Below, in pieces: positions 23,402-44,660 of a stretch of 64,000 nt of DNA. Positions within the stretch are counted from its first letter, which is position 1; each line of letters begins with the position of its first letter. The position numbers were made by a program, and so were the translations under genes. The stretch is taken from positions 1 to 64,000 of the forward strand of contig NIVC01002972.1 in assembly GCA_002269645.1 (NCBI GenBank). The letters are read 5' to 3'. The notes beneath the pieces are model-generated. The model was not told the origin of the DNA and did not search any database. It worked only from the letters and a program-made list of their open reading frames with translations. Source of the DNA: Macrostomum lignano. Lineage: Eukaryota.

Positions 23402-24143
23402 ACCCTATAGTTTACCCTATAGTTTACCCTATAGTTTACTCTATAGTTTGCCCTATAGTTTACCCTATAGTTTACCCTATAGTTTACCCTATAGTTTACC
23501 CTATAGTTTACCCTATAGTTTACTCTGTAGTTTACCCTATAGTTTACCCTATAGTTTACCCTTATAGTTTACCCTATAGTTTCTATAGTTCTCCCTATAG
23601 TTTAACCTTATAGTTTACCCTATAGTTTACCCTATAGTTTACCCTATAGTTTACCCTATAGTTTACCCTATAGTTTACCCTATAGTTTACCCTATAGTTT
23701 ACCCTATAGTTTACTCTGTAGTTTACCCTATAGTTTACCCTGATAGTTTACCCTATAGTTTACCCTATAGTTTACCCTATAGTTTACCCTATAGTTTACC
23801 CTATAGTTTACCCTATAGTTTACTCTGTAGTTTACCCTATAGTTTACCCTATAGTTTACCCTGATAGTTTACCCTATAGTTTACCCTATAGTTTACCCTG
23901 ATAGTTTACCCTATAGTTTACCCTATAGTTTACCCTATAGTTTACTCTGTAGTTTACCCTATAGTTTACCCTATAGTTTACCCTATAGTTTACCCTGATA
24001 GTTTACCCTATAGTTTACCCTATAGTTTACCCTGATAGTTTACCCTATAGTTTACCCTATAGTTTACCCTATAGTTTACCCTATAGTTTACCCTATAGTT
24101 TACCCTACAGTTTACCCTAAAGTTTACCCTATAGTTTACCCTA
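23402..24143. repeat. Telomere-like 12-bp satellite (TTTACCCTATAG)n
   Basis: Directly visible; related to the 10-bp array. Confidence 0.95.
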
Positions 24144-24548
24144 CTTCACCGTCAGGTATTTTTATTCATTCATTAATTCATATCTTCGTATTGAAGGCTG
24201 ATTGATGCGTAGTTGTTTCAAAAATGAAATTAAATCAATCATCAAATTTAAAACCGTTTTCTTACATGTACGATCTTAAAAAATTAATTTGAAGACCAAA
24301 ATTTGTATAACAATGCATTGATGTAAAAGCAAATTTGGTATGTGTTTTAATTGTTGTTTGTTGATTTTTTGTTCGATAATCTAACAAAAGTAACGTAATT
24401 TTGCTGTGTTGATCACCCAAATTTGGGACTTATACAATTTGAGGCCTGTCTTGTGATTCAAAGCGATGAGGGCCAATCCCAAGGCAAGAGAGTGTACATG
24501 TTTGATGGTTAGAAAGTCAGAGGGCCGCTGTGTGAGCGTGTGTATGAC

Positions 24549-24551
<3 letters not shown>

Positions 24552-24590
<39 letters not shown>

Positions 24591-24658
24591 AGAGTCATTG
24601 AGTCAAGAGTCAGAAGTCAGGAGTCAGGAGTCCTGAGAGTCAGTAGTTAGGAGTCAGT

Positions 24659-24700
<42 letters not shown>

Positions 24701-24701
24701 T

Positions 24702-24753
<52 letters not shown>

Positions 24754-24846
24754 CCAAGAGTCATTGAGTCAAGAGTCAGAAGTCAGGAGTCAGGAGTCCT
24801 GAGAGTCAGTAGTTAGGAGTCAGTGAGTCAGTAGTTAGGAGTCAGT

Positions 24847-24894
<48 letters not shown>

Positions 24895-25034
24895 TTGAGT
24901 CAAGAGTCAGAAGTCAGTAGTTAGGAGTCAGTGAGCCAGGAGTTAGGAGTCAGGAGTCAAGAGTCATTGAGTCAAGAGTCAGGAGTCAGAAGTCAGGAGT
25001 CAGGAGTCCTGAGAGTCAGTAGTTAGGAGTCAGT

Positions 25035-25086
<52 letters not shown>

Positions 25087-25105
25087 TCAAGAGTCATTGA
25101 GTCAA

Positions 25106-25140
<35 letters not shown>

Positions 25141-25168
25141 TGAGTCAGGAGTCCTGGGAGTCAGTAGT

Positions 25169-25234
<66 letters not shown>

Positions 25235-25262
25235 TGAGTCAGGAGTCCTGGGAGTCAGTAGT

Positions 25263-25313
<51 letters not shown>

Positions 25314-25381
25314 AGAGTCATTGAGTCAAGAGTCAGAAGTCAGGAGTCAGGAGTCCTGAGAGTCAGTAGTTAGGAGTCAGT

Positions 25382-25437
<56 letters not shown>

Positions 25438-25438
25438 T

Positions 25439-25490
<52 letters not shown>

Positions 25491-25583
25491 CCAAGAGTCA
25501 TTGAGTCAAGAGTCAGAAGTCAGGAGTCAGGAGTCCTGAGAGTCAGTAGTTAGGAGTCAGTGAGTCAGTAGTTAGGAGTCAGT

Positions 25584-25631
<48 letters not shown>

Positions 25632-25771
25632 TTGAGTCAAGAGTCAGAAGTCAGTAGTTAGGAGTCAGTGAGCCAGGAGTTAGGAGTCAGGAGTCAAGAG
25701 TCATTGAGTCAAGAGTCAGGAGTCAGAAGTCAGGAGTCAGGAGTCCTGAGAGTCAGTAGTTAGGAGTCAGT

Positions 25772-25823
<52 letters not shown>

Positions 25824-25894
25824 TCAAGAGTCATTGAGTCAAGAGTCAGGAGTCAGGAGTCAGGAGTCCTGAGAGTCAGTAGTTAGGAGTCAGT

Positions 25895-25943
<49 letters not shown>

Positions 25944-25966
25944 TGAGTCAGTAGTTAGGAGTCAGT

Positions 25967-26015
<49 letters not shown>

Positions 26016-26043
26016 TGAGTCAGGAGTCCTGGGAGTCAGTAGT

Positions 26044-26102
<59 letters not shown>

Positions 26103-26197
26103 AAGTTAGGAGTCAGGAGTCATGAGTCAGAAGTTAGGAGTCAGGAGTCAGGAGTCAGGAGTCCTGGGAGTCAGTAGTTAGGATTCAGTGAGTCAGT

Positions 26198-26251
<54 letters not shown>

Positions 26252-26426
26252 CTGGGAGTCAGTAGTTAGGAGTCAGTGAGTCAGTGAGTCAGGAGTCAGG
26301 AGTCCTGGGAGTCAGTAGTTAGGATTCAGTGAGTCAGTGAGTCAGGAGTCAGGAGTCAGAAGTTAGGAGTCAGGAATCAGGAGTCAGGAGTCCTGGGAGT
26401 CAGTAGTTAGGATTCAGTGAGTCAGT

Positions 26427-26467
<41 letters not shown>

Positions 26468-26470
26468 AGA
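24552..26470. repeat. 7-bp satellite (GGAGTCA)n with ~720-bp higher-order duplication
   Basis: The same variant string (AGAGTCATTGAGTCAAGAGTCAGAAGTC...CCTGAGAGTCAGTAGTTAG) occurs at ~24591 and ~25311. Confidence 0.95.
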
Positions 26471-26680
26471 GTCAGTCAGTCAGACTATTTCGCCGGTAGT
26501 TCAGTAGTTATCATTTCTGATATTCGAGCTATTGGATTATCAAGCTCATGCATTTCATATGCAAAGTTCGGCCTTCAAATACAAGTAAATTATTCAGAAA
26601 ACGCGAGTGTATGCGGGATACAACGGTAACTTCCAGTGCTCATTGGATTTGACTTTGCGTCACTGCAAAAATTGGAGCTT

Positions 26681-32770
<6,090 letters not shown>

Positions 32771-33157
32771 GATTCTTGTTTGAGAATAAATGCTTCAAGT
32801 TTTCTCAGTTTTCTTGGAGAATTTGTGAAAAGAAATGCCTAAAATTTTTACCTATATTTAACTATGACGAGACACACACCTGCAAACTTAGAGACCGTTT
32901 ATATCGCTTATCTCTGTGGACAGATTGAATTTTAGATTTTCCAATTTGAAAAAAGGTCACATTCAATGCAGCTAATTCCATGGGTTGGTAGTTCAGTTAG
33001 CAACAGATAAAAATATTTTGTTTACTTAGTGACAGAAACAGGGTTTTTACCCGAGGCTTGGTTTAGAAGATTGAGAGGCTCTATATATCCTAATTGCTTG
33101 AGCCAGGGAGTTTAACCTATATTGATCTTTTGTGTTTGAGCTGGGTATTTCAACCAA

Positions 33158-33810
33158 TCTGAAGGTTGCTGAGTATCTCAACTGGTCTGAAGGTTGCTGA
33201 GTATCTCAACTGATCTGAAGGTTGCTGAGTATCTCAACTGATCTGAAGGTTGTTGAGTATCTCAACTGATCTGAAGGTTGCTGAGTATCTCAACTGATCT
33301 GAAGGTTGCTGAGTATCTCAACTGATCTGAAGGTTGTTGAGTATCTCAACTGATCTGAAGGTTGTTGAGTATCTCAACTGATCTGAAGGTTGCTGAGTAT
33401 CTCAACTGATCTGAAGGTTGTTGAGTATCTCAACTGATCTGAAGGTTGTTGAGTATCTCAACTGATCTGAAGGTTGCTGAGTATCTGAACCGTTCTGAAG
33501 GTTGTTGAGTATCTCAACTGATCTGAAGGTTCTTGAGTATCTAAACCGATCTGAAGTTGTTGAGTATCTCAACTGATCTGAAGGTTGTTGAGTATCTCAA
33601 CCGATCTGAAGGTTGCTGAGTATCTCAACTGATCTGAAGGTTGTTGAGTATCTCAACTGATCTGAAGGTTGCTGAGTATCTCAACTGGTCTGAAGGTTGC
33701 TGAGTGTCTCAACTGGTCTGAAGGTTGTTGAGTATCTCAACTGGTCTGAAGGTTGCTGAGTATCTCAACTGGTCTGAAGGTTGCTGAGTATCTCAACCGA
33801 TCTGAAGGTT
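33158..33810. repeat. 28-bp minisatellite upstream of the amylase CDS
   Basis: Unit CTGAAGGTTGCTGAGTATCTCAACTGAT. Confidence 0.95.
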
Positions 33811-34027
33811 GGGTATCGGAACTAATTTAGGCATGCCTAGGAGAGAGAGGATCTTACTAATTTATAAATGGTTACCTCGTCAGAGCAAAATTTTGATGCA
33901 CAATCTACAGTCACTACTTTGGTAAGCTAGCTTTATGATTGGAAATTATCTGGTTAATTCCACACAGAATTAGTGCTATCATACAGCTAGGAAACCAAAG
34001 AGTGTGACTGAGACGCTGGAAACTCAC

Positions 34028-34105
34028 CCTTGTGGTGACCGCGTTGATCGCTAAAGTCAAGGCGACTTAATCTAATCGCTAGTCATTGCATGGATTTTAT
34101 TTATA
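34028..34105 (-). promoter_or_regulatory. Candidate TATA box plus short non-coding first exon of the amylase gene
   Basis: Minus strand TATAAATAAAA at 34105-34095, followed by AGG|gtgagt donor at 34027. A matching ttttag| acceptor lies at 32839, 68 nt upstream of the amylase ATG. Confidence 0.45.
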
Positions 34106-34429
34106 GAGCCCTCGGCTTCCGACGAACTGCATAATGGTGCCTCACGCCGCCCGCCTTCCTGCCCTCGATCGTGGACCTCAATGCTGCAAAGCAGAATCAG
34201 AAGGGGCCCACTGAGGCAAACATCCCCACTCAGATTCAATTAGTAAAGCGAATGGTTTCTGGGCAAAGTGTAACAATTTTTGTAATGGCTGCCTGGCTTG
34301 GCTGACCGTGCCTTCCTGTTTTATGCATTGTAATATTGACTCATCCAAGCAATTATTGGCTTATTGATGTTGATCTTCAACTCATGAGCAACCATCAGTC
34401 TTTTAAACTGTGCGAGTGCCTGTCCGTAA

Positions 34430-34785
<356 letters not shown>

Positions 34786-35112
34786 TTAATAAGATGCTGT
34801 ATCGTACTCTAGTCAATAGCGGCATGAAAAAATTTAAGCAGAATAAGACTTGGCTACTCTCGAGGGCTTATAAGAGGCTAAAATATTGCTCAAAAGGTAG
34901 ATAAATTAACCATGGCACGTGTCTCGTGGACACACAGTAGCCAGGAGACTGAGGGAACATGCACAAGAGGTAAAGCTGGACAGAGAGGAGAAGAAGAGGC
35001 AGTTCCAGCGACAATTAAATTTGCTCAGAGTTCCAGGCTGCTTTCTATTCAGAATGAAAGGTCAAAGTATTTTAAGTAGATGGATATATGTACTGCTAGA
35101 TAATACTAGTAG

Positions 35113-36762
<1,650 letters not shown>

Positions 36763-37431
36763 TACATGTATATGGAATGCATACGCAAGCCCAGCGCACG
36801 TTGGCACACAAGAACGCAAGAGCATTCACTAGCGAAGGCGGAAAAATACATATTGAGAAAGCGCAAAAGACTCTGATAGAAAAATAGTGCCTCAGTCCGT
36901 TCTCGCGGTAAGAGCGAGTTTAAGGGCAGGCGTTGGGGCGGCGCAGGCGGTCGCACTGGGGCCGTCGAGCTCCGAGTACAGCTCTGCCCCGGGTGTCAGT
37001 GGCTGCTCCATCCGACACGTGCGACAGGCACGGAGTGAGTGGCCTTAGAAAAGATGGACGGGGCTCATTTATGCTCACCTCTCAGCTTAGCGTCTGTCCG
37101 CTCTGCAATGCCCCCCCCGAGCTAATTGTATTCAATTTATGCTCAACCACCCCTTACTGTGATCCAGCTAAACGCTAAGACGCGACCCTCAACAACGGCT
37201 GCAGAAATAGCCCAGAAGACGCTAAACATTGAAACAGAAAAATAAGAATTTTCTCCCGTCAACAGGTTGAACTTGTTTTGCGCGTACATTATTATATTAT
37301 TGCAAAGTTGGCTGCATTTCCGGACTTGGTTAGTGCGGACCACTATGTTCCATCTGGAAGCCACCGAGCAGGTGATTTAGTTCGTCAATTGCTAATTGAA
37401 GACAGTATTATTCGATAATTGGACAGCGGCC

Positions 37432-40400
37432 ATGCTAACCGAGGACACCAAAGTGATTGTTATCTGCATGGTCATATCCGGCTTTGTGATTGTGCTCGGC
37501 TTTCTAGTGTGCTTACTGTGTCCCTGCTGTCCTCTGCAGCGACTGCTGGACCGCTGCATTCGAAGGAATGCCGTCAGTGAGTTTGACCTTTTCTAAATGT
37601 ACTTTAGCAAGCAGGAAGTCTGGAACAATCAAGCCCCCAAAGTCCTGAGCGTTAAGCTTTCTTTCCCAAAGGGTTTTCAGCTATTGGCTCTCTTCGGGTT
37701 GTTGAGTCCTCGGGTCATTGGGTGTTTCGGTCGTTGGTTCCTCGAGTCATTTAGTGTTTGGGTCGTTGGGTCCTCGAGTCATTGGGTGTTTGGGTCGTTG
37801 GGTCCTCGAGTCATTTAGTGTTTGGGTCGTTGGGTCCTCGAGTCATTGTGTGTTTGGGTCGTTGGGTCCTCGAGTCATTGGGTGTTTGGGTCGTTGGGTC
37901 CTCGAGTCATTTAGTGTTTGGGTCGTTGGGTCCTCAAGTCATTTGGTGTTTGGGTCGTTGGGTCCTCGAGTCATTTAGTGTTTGGGTCGTTGGGTCCTCA
38001 AGTCATTTGGTGTTTGGGTCGTTGGGTCCTCGAGTCATTTAGTGTTTGGGTCGTTGGGTCCTCGAGTCATTTAGTATTTGGGTCGTTGGGTCCTCCAGTC
38101 AATCGGTGTTTGGGTCGTTGGGTCCTCGAGTCATTTAGTGTTTGGGTCGTTGGGTCCTCGAGTCATTTAGTGTTTAAGTCGTTGGGTCCTCGAGTCATTG
38201 TGTGTTTGGGTTGTTGAGTTCTCGAGTCATTTGGTGTTTGGGTCGTTGGGTCCTCGAGTCATTTAGTGTTTGGGTCGTTGGGTCCTCGAGTCATTGTGTG
38301 TTTTGGTTGTTGAGTTCTCGAGTCATTTGGTTTTGGGGTTGTTGAGTCCTCAAGTCATTTGGTTTTTGGGTTGTTGGGTCCTCGAGTCAATCGGTGTTTG
38401 GGTCGTTGGGTCTTTGAGTTTTCTTAGGTTATCAGGTCCTTTAGTTCTTGAGTCATTGAAGCCTTATTGAGTCATTGAGTTCTTGTGCTCATGAGGTCCT
38501 CGGATCTTCGAATATTTACATGTAGCTACTCTAGATCTCAAGAATTTTGGTCTTGAGGTTCTTAAGTCATTGGATCTTTAGGATTTAGAATCCATAAGTC
38601 AATAATGTCTTCAAACGAGAGTCTCTGATTCTTAATTTTTTTCGGTCTCGGGGTTCTCGGGCTTGAGATACCTTTGACCCATTGACAAACGTTTTCTTAA
38701 CCAGGAAAAGGCAAGGAGACGACAAACTGCTTGAAGGACTGCTGCTCAGATGAGACCTCATCAATCATTGAAGCAAACTTCAATGAAAAATACCCCTACG
38801 GAGGCATTCAGGTTAGTCAACTTTTTGGTCGCTGATTTACTTTGTATATTTTTGTTGCGTTTTCGGATGTTTAAACTTAGTACTGCACTCAAGGACAACA
38901 AATGCATCGTATCTATCCTACCTTAATTCTTACTTAAGTCGTCCTGTTTCTGTACTGTCTAGAAAAATATGGAACAACATACACATTTTGGAATACGAGT
39001 ATTGGAAAACGAGGAGAATGAAGTTACATTGCCAGTTGTTGTTCGGGAATATTTCCCTGCCCTGCAAGTTCAAAATGTAACCCCTATTAATTAAACATAT
39101 ATCAGTCAGATCATTGGCACAGCATTTACATTTGCAAATAAATCACTTGTGGTCCCAAGTTTTGTTGGCTGTTAAGTTGGAAACTGAAGTAATGGTGTAG
39201 TAGGTAGACTGAATACGAGTCAGTCAGATTTCGTAGAGAAAGTCAATGTAAAACCCTGTTGGAACACTACATATTGTTCCAATACTACTCAAGTTTCATA
39301 CTGCTAACTAACTGATTTATCGTTCACAGGCCTCTGGCGAGGTGCAATCAGTCTCAGGCATCTCCTATCCCAAAGCCTGGGAGCAGAAGCGCTTTGAAGC
39401 CGAGCCTAAGCCGTACATTACGCTGAACTTTTCCGTCACTCGCCAGAGCGACTGTCTGGTGGTGTACCTGTACAAAGCGGACGGCACACCCGGCCCCAAG
39501 CTGGGCCTGTGCCACAACAACTTTGCCCAGGTGCAACTGAGCGACGCGCGCAGTCAGACAGTCATAGCCGATGTCAGAACTCGCTTCATCAGCCACACAA
39601 TGTCGCCAGTGTTTAATGAGACGCTGATCTTATCCATGCCATCCAATCTGCCAGCTGATCGGCTGAGCCTGTGCATTCAATGCATGGACTACGATAGGTT
39701 CAGTAGAGAGCGAGTCATTGGCGAAGTTCGAGTGCCTCTGCCGGTTGACTCGGAACAGACTGTTCAGTATAACAGCGTCCTGAGCGAGCCTCCTTTGGTG
39801 AGAACCCTGTCACACCTGTATCCCTGTCACACCTGTATCCCTGCCACACCTGTATCCCTGTCACACCTGTATCCCTGTCACACCTGTATCCCTGCCACAC
39901 CTGTATCCCTGTCACACCTGTATCCCTGTCACACCTGTATCCCTGCCACACCTGTATCCCTGCCACACCTGTATCCCTGCCACACCTGTATCCCTGCCAC
40001 ACCTGTATCCCTGCCACACCTGTATCCCTGCCACACCTGTATCCCTGCCACACCTGTATCCCTGCCACACCTGTATCCCTGCCACACCTGTATCCCTGCC
40101 ACACCTGTATCCCTGCCACACCTGTATCCCTGCCACACCTGTATCCCTGCCACACCTGTATCCCTGCCACACCTGTATCCCTGCCACACCTGTATCCCTG
40201 CCACACCTGTATCCCTGCCACACCTGTATCCCTGCCACACCTGTATCCCTGCCACACCTGTATCCCTGCCACACCTGTATCCCTGCCACACCTGTATCCC
40301 TGCCACACCTGTATCCCTGCCACACCTGTATCCCTGCCACACCTGTATCCCTGCCACACCTGTATCCCTGCCACACCTGCATCTCTGCACCGACTTTAAC

Positions 40401-43136
40401 CCAATCCCCACTCGCAACACAGAAAATACTAATCATAAATCTTTATAAGATCACCGATAGATAATTTATTTAGTCCTGAACCGTAAACCCTAAGCCCTGA
40501 GCCTTAAACCCTAACACCAATCCTTAGCCCTGATCGAAACTCGTCTCTCAGAGTCCCTCAGAATCCCTCAGAATCCCTCAGAATCCCTCAGAATCCCTCA
40601 GAATCCCTCAGAATCCCTCAGAATCCCTCAGAATCCCTCAGAATCCCTCAGAATTCCTCAGAATCCCTCAGAATTCCTCAGAATCTAGAATCTATCAGAA
40701 TCCCTCAGAATCCCTCATAATCCCTCAGAATCCCTTATAATCCTTCAGAATCCCTCATAATCCCTCAGAATCCCTTATAATCCTTCAGAATCCCTCAGAA
40801 TCCCTCATAATCCTTCAGAATCCCTCAGAATCCCTCAGAATCCCTCAGAATCCCTCAGAAGCCCTCAGAATCCCTCAGAATCCTTCAGAAGCCTCAGAAT
40901 CCTTCAGAATTCATCAGAATCCTTCAGAATCCTTCAGAATCCCTCAGAATCTAAAAACCAGCTAAACTGAATTCTCCCCATTCCGTTTCAGACTGAGAAA
41001 GGTGAAATCCTCATCGCCCTGCACTACATGCCCACAGCGGAGCGCCTTATTGTAATGCTCCTAAAAGCAAACAATGTCCTAACACAAGAGCGAAGAATTC
41101 CAGGTGAGCGCTATAATCGCATACTAATTACTCAGCTCCTCTGAATAGAAATCTTATTACTCATCAGTGAAGCTATATTCTGTACTGTTCTCTTCTCATT
41201 TGGTCTGCACAAAGTTTGCTCAAGATAATATTGTCCATCATAAAGAGAATATCGAGAGCTTGTGTTTGCCTACTTTGGCATTATATACGAGTACATGTAT
41301 ATACGAGCAATATGCGATGTTGAAGTATGAGTCCAGCTTGATGACGCAGAGAGGTGGTAAACATTTGTCCCGCAGTTTAAACACATAGCCGTACTAAAGT
41401 CTTCACTCGGCTTTTGTTGCAATATTAAAAGAGGTTAATGTTCTTTATTTAAGCGACGCTACGAGTTTGTTACATTCTTCATTGAGCACTAATTGACCTT
41501 CGAATGAATCTTTGTTGGAAGTCTTCTCGAAGTGCTAAACACATGAAAACACTGACGCCATCGAAACGAATCAGTGATCTTGGTTGGGTGCCCCTGTGTC
41601 TTGGTTGGGTGCCTCTGTGTCTTGGTTGGTGCCTCTGTGTCTTGGTTGGGCGCCCCTGTGTCTTGGTTGCTGCCTCTGTGTCTTGGTTGCTGCCTCTGTG
41701 TCTTGGTTGGGTGCCTCTGTGTCTTGGTTGGGTGCCCCTGTGTCTTGGTTGGGTGCCCCTGTGTCTTGGTTGGGTGCCCCTGTGTCTTGGTTGGGTGCCC
41801 CTGTGTCTCTGTTGGGTGCCCCTGTGTCTTGGTTGGGTGCCCCTGTGTCTTGGTTGGGTGCCCCTGTGTCTTGGCTGGGTGCCCCTGTGTCTTGGTTGGG
41901 TGCCCCTGTGTCTTGGCTGGGTGCCCCTGTGTCTCTGTTGGGTGCCCCTGTGTCTTGGTTGGGTGCCCCTGTGTCTTGGTTGGGTGCCCCTGTGTCTTGG
42001 CTGGGTGCCCCTGTGTCTTGGTTGGGTGCCCCTGTGTCTTGGTTGGGTGCCCCTGTGTCTTGGTTGGGTGCCCCTGTGTCTTGGTTGGGTGCCCCTGTGT
42101 CTTGGTTGGGTGCCCCTGTGTCTTGGTTGGGTGCCCCTGTGTCTTGGTTGGGTGCCCCTGTGTCTTGGTTGGGTGCCCCTGTGTCTTGGTTGGGTGCCCC
42201 TGTGTCTTGGTTGGGTGCCCCTGTGTCTTGGTTGGGTGCCCCTGTGTCTTGGTTGGGTGCCCCTGTGTCTTGGTTGGGTGCCCCTGTGTCTTGGCTGGTG
42301 CCCCTGTGTCTTGGCTGGTGCCCCTGTGTCTTGGCTGGTGCCCCTGTGTCTTAGTTGGGTGCCTCTGTGTCTTGGTTGGGTGCCCCTGTGTCTTGGTTGG
42401 GTGCCCCTGTGTCTTGGTTGGGTGCCCCTGTGTCTTGGTTGGGTGCCCCTGTGTCTTGGCTGGTGCCTCTGTGTCTTGGTTGGGTGCCCCTGTGTCTTGG
42501 CTGGGCGCCCGTGTCTTGGTTGGGTGCCCCTGTGTCTTGGTTGGGTGCCCCTGTCTTGGTGGGCGCCCCTGTTTCTTGGTTGGGCGCCCCTGTTCTTGGT
42601 GGGCGCCCCCTGTCTTGGTGGGCGCCCCCTGTTTCTTGGTTGGGCGCCCCTGTGTCCTGTTTGGCGTCCCTGTCCTGGTGTCAACTTAAAATCTTAAGTT
42701 AAGTTTCGGAAGTAGAGCTGCAATTTTTTTTTTGGGGGGGGGGGGCAGCCACCCCTACGCCACAGCTCATAAATGCATTATACTGACTCCCAGCTAACCA
42801 TCGAAATCACCGCACGCAGCTCCCTACTTACAAGTAGTCCTACTGGCAAATGGATCGGCAGCATTCAAGAAGCGAACCAGACTGTTTGAGGAAAGTTCAA
42901 GACCAGTATTCAACGAGTCAGTGACAGTTAGCGTGCCCAGACACAGCCTAGGCCGAGTGACCCTGATCGTGTCCCTGATGAACTGTCACCTGAGGAAGCG
43001 AATCAGGCCGGACCTTGACAACTGCCTGGGCTACGTGGTCTTCTCTAGCAGCTGCTACGGCAGCGGCAAGGTGCACTGGACAGAGATGCAGAATAGGCCG
43101 CGGACTGCGCTAGCGTATTGGCATAAATTATGCTAA
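37432..43136 (+). CDS. Atypical synaptotagmin (N-terminal TM, Cys cluster, tandem C2A-C2B), 5 exons, 382 aa, predicted Ca2+-independent
   Basis: Exons 37432-37576 (TM VIVICMVISGFVIVLGFLVCLLCPCC), 38705-38811, 39330-39797 (C2A: SPVFNE, MDYDRFSRERVIGEV), 40992-41103 (GEILIALHYMPTAERLIVMLLKANN), 42820-43136 (PYLQV, KKRT, PVFNE, HWTEMQNRPRTALAYWHKL). Total 1149 nt, in frame. Confidence 0.9.
37705..38420. repeat. 32-bp minisatellite in synaptotagmin intron 1
   Basis: Unit GTTTGGGTCGTTGGGTCCTCGAGTCATTTAGT. Confidence 0.93.
39806..40380. repeat. 17-bp minisatellite in synaptotagmin intron 3
   Basis: Unit CCTGTATCCCTGCCACA, starting just after the donor. Confidence 0.95.
40550..40950. repeat. 10-bp satellite (GAATCCCTCA)n in synaptotagmin intron 3
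   Basis: Directly visible. Confidence 0.93.
41575..42670. repeat. 21-bp minisatellite in synaptotagmin intron 4
   Basis: Unit GTGTCTTGGTTGGGTGCCCCT. Confidence 0.95.
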
Positions 43137-43632
43137 TTAGGGATCAATCTGCTGCCACCCTGAAGCCCCTCCCCTCGATACTTATGCAGATGCATGGTAC
43201 CTGACTAATATTGCACGTGGTTTACTTTCAATGAATATCGATGTTTAGGGATGCAATTTCGTTACGCACTACTGACAGCTACTTAAGTACGAGTATAGGT
43301 AGAATATTGTAAATGTAATCAGGAATGAGTCGCAATGATGGTCATGCGTACTTAACTAGGGCATCAGTGTATCCAGTTCCTGCTAGCACCCGCAAGTCAC
43401 CCAAGTGTGGGGACGCGTTTTTAACCGGTTATTCCTCATCCCGAGACACTGACTTCCCTACTGAATATCTGTGTGTTCTGGCAATTTCGCATCAAAACTC
43501 TTTGGTTATTTGTCTTTTAATGAAAATCATGTACAACCAAGTAGCTTTTCTGTTGACCATATTTTCATGCATGCAGTATGCGCAAATTAACTGTTGTACT
43601 TGTGTTGTACTTGTACGATTTTCTGCTAGTTA

Positions 43633-43860
<228 letters not shown>

Positions 43861-44279
43861 AAGAGACACTAAGACAGGCAGAAACAGAATCACAAACTAA
43901 GATTTGACATTAATTTTCTTTCAATGCCATGCATGCAATTACTGTTGCACATTGACGAAGCTCCATTTTCACAGTATACGTCCTATACTATGATTTATGC
44001 TACACAGTGCAAAGAATATAAAAACAGTCCATTTATGACTTTGAGTATTTTGCTTAATTTCATATAGCTACTACAGATGGCGATACCATATTCTATTTTG
44101 CTCACTAGCAAGCGAATAAACACTGCAACAAATGATTTCTTTGATTGATTATTTGTACTCGTTTAAAGGTCTTGATGCACTTTATAAACTTGTATGATGC
44201 ATGAATACGAGTCAATTAATTTTGTTTGATCAAAATTCGTACATATAAAGGAATTATTTTAGAATCTCAACCCCTGATG

Positions 44280-44660
44280 CCTGAGAATGTGAGAATCTCA
44301 TATTATGGGTGACTGAGAATGCGAGAATCTCACCCATTGATGCTTGAGAATTTGAAAATCTCACCCCTTGATGCCAGAGAATGCGAGAATCTCACCCCTT
44401 GATGCCAGAGAATGCGAGAATCTCACCCCTTGATGCCAGAGAATGCGAGAATCTCACCCCTTGATGCCAGAGAATTCGAGAATCTCACCCCTTGATGCCA
44501 GAGAATGCGAGAATCTCACCCCTTGATGCCAGAGACTGCGAGAATCTCATCCCTTGATGCCAGCTGAGAATGTGAAAATCTCACCCATGCCAGAGAATGT
44601 GAGAATCTCACCCCTGGATGCCAGAGAATTTGAGAATCTCACCCTTCTCACCCCTTGATG
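44280..44660. repeat. 31-bp minisatellite
   Basis: Unit GAGAATCTCACCCCTTGATGCCAGAGAATGC. Confidence 0.92.

Noticed and set aside
39798-40448. Cys/His-rich tail of ORF 39342-40448 resembling a metal-binding repeat
   Set aside because: Read-through into a 17-bp intronic satellite; a GTGAGA donor at 39798 joins C2A to C2B in frame.
41479-42702. Several 250-400-aa ORFs on both strands
   Set aside because: Translations of a 21-bp minisatellite inside synaptotagmin intron 4.
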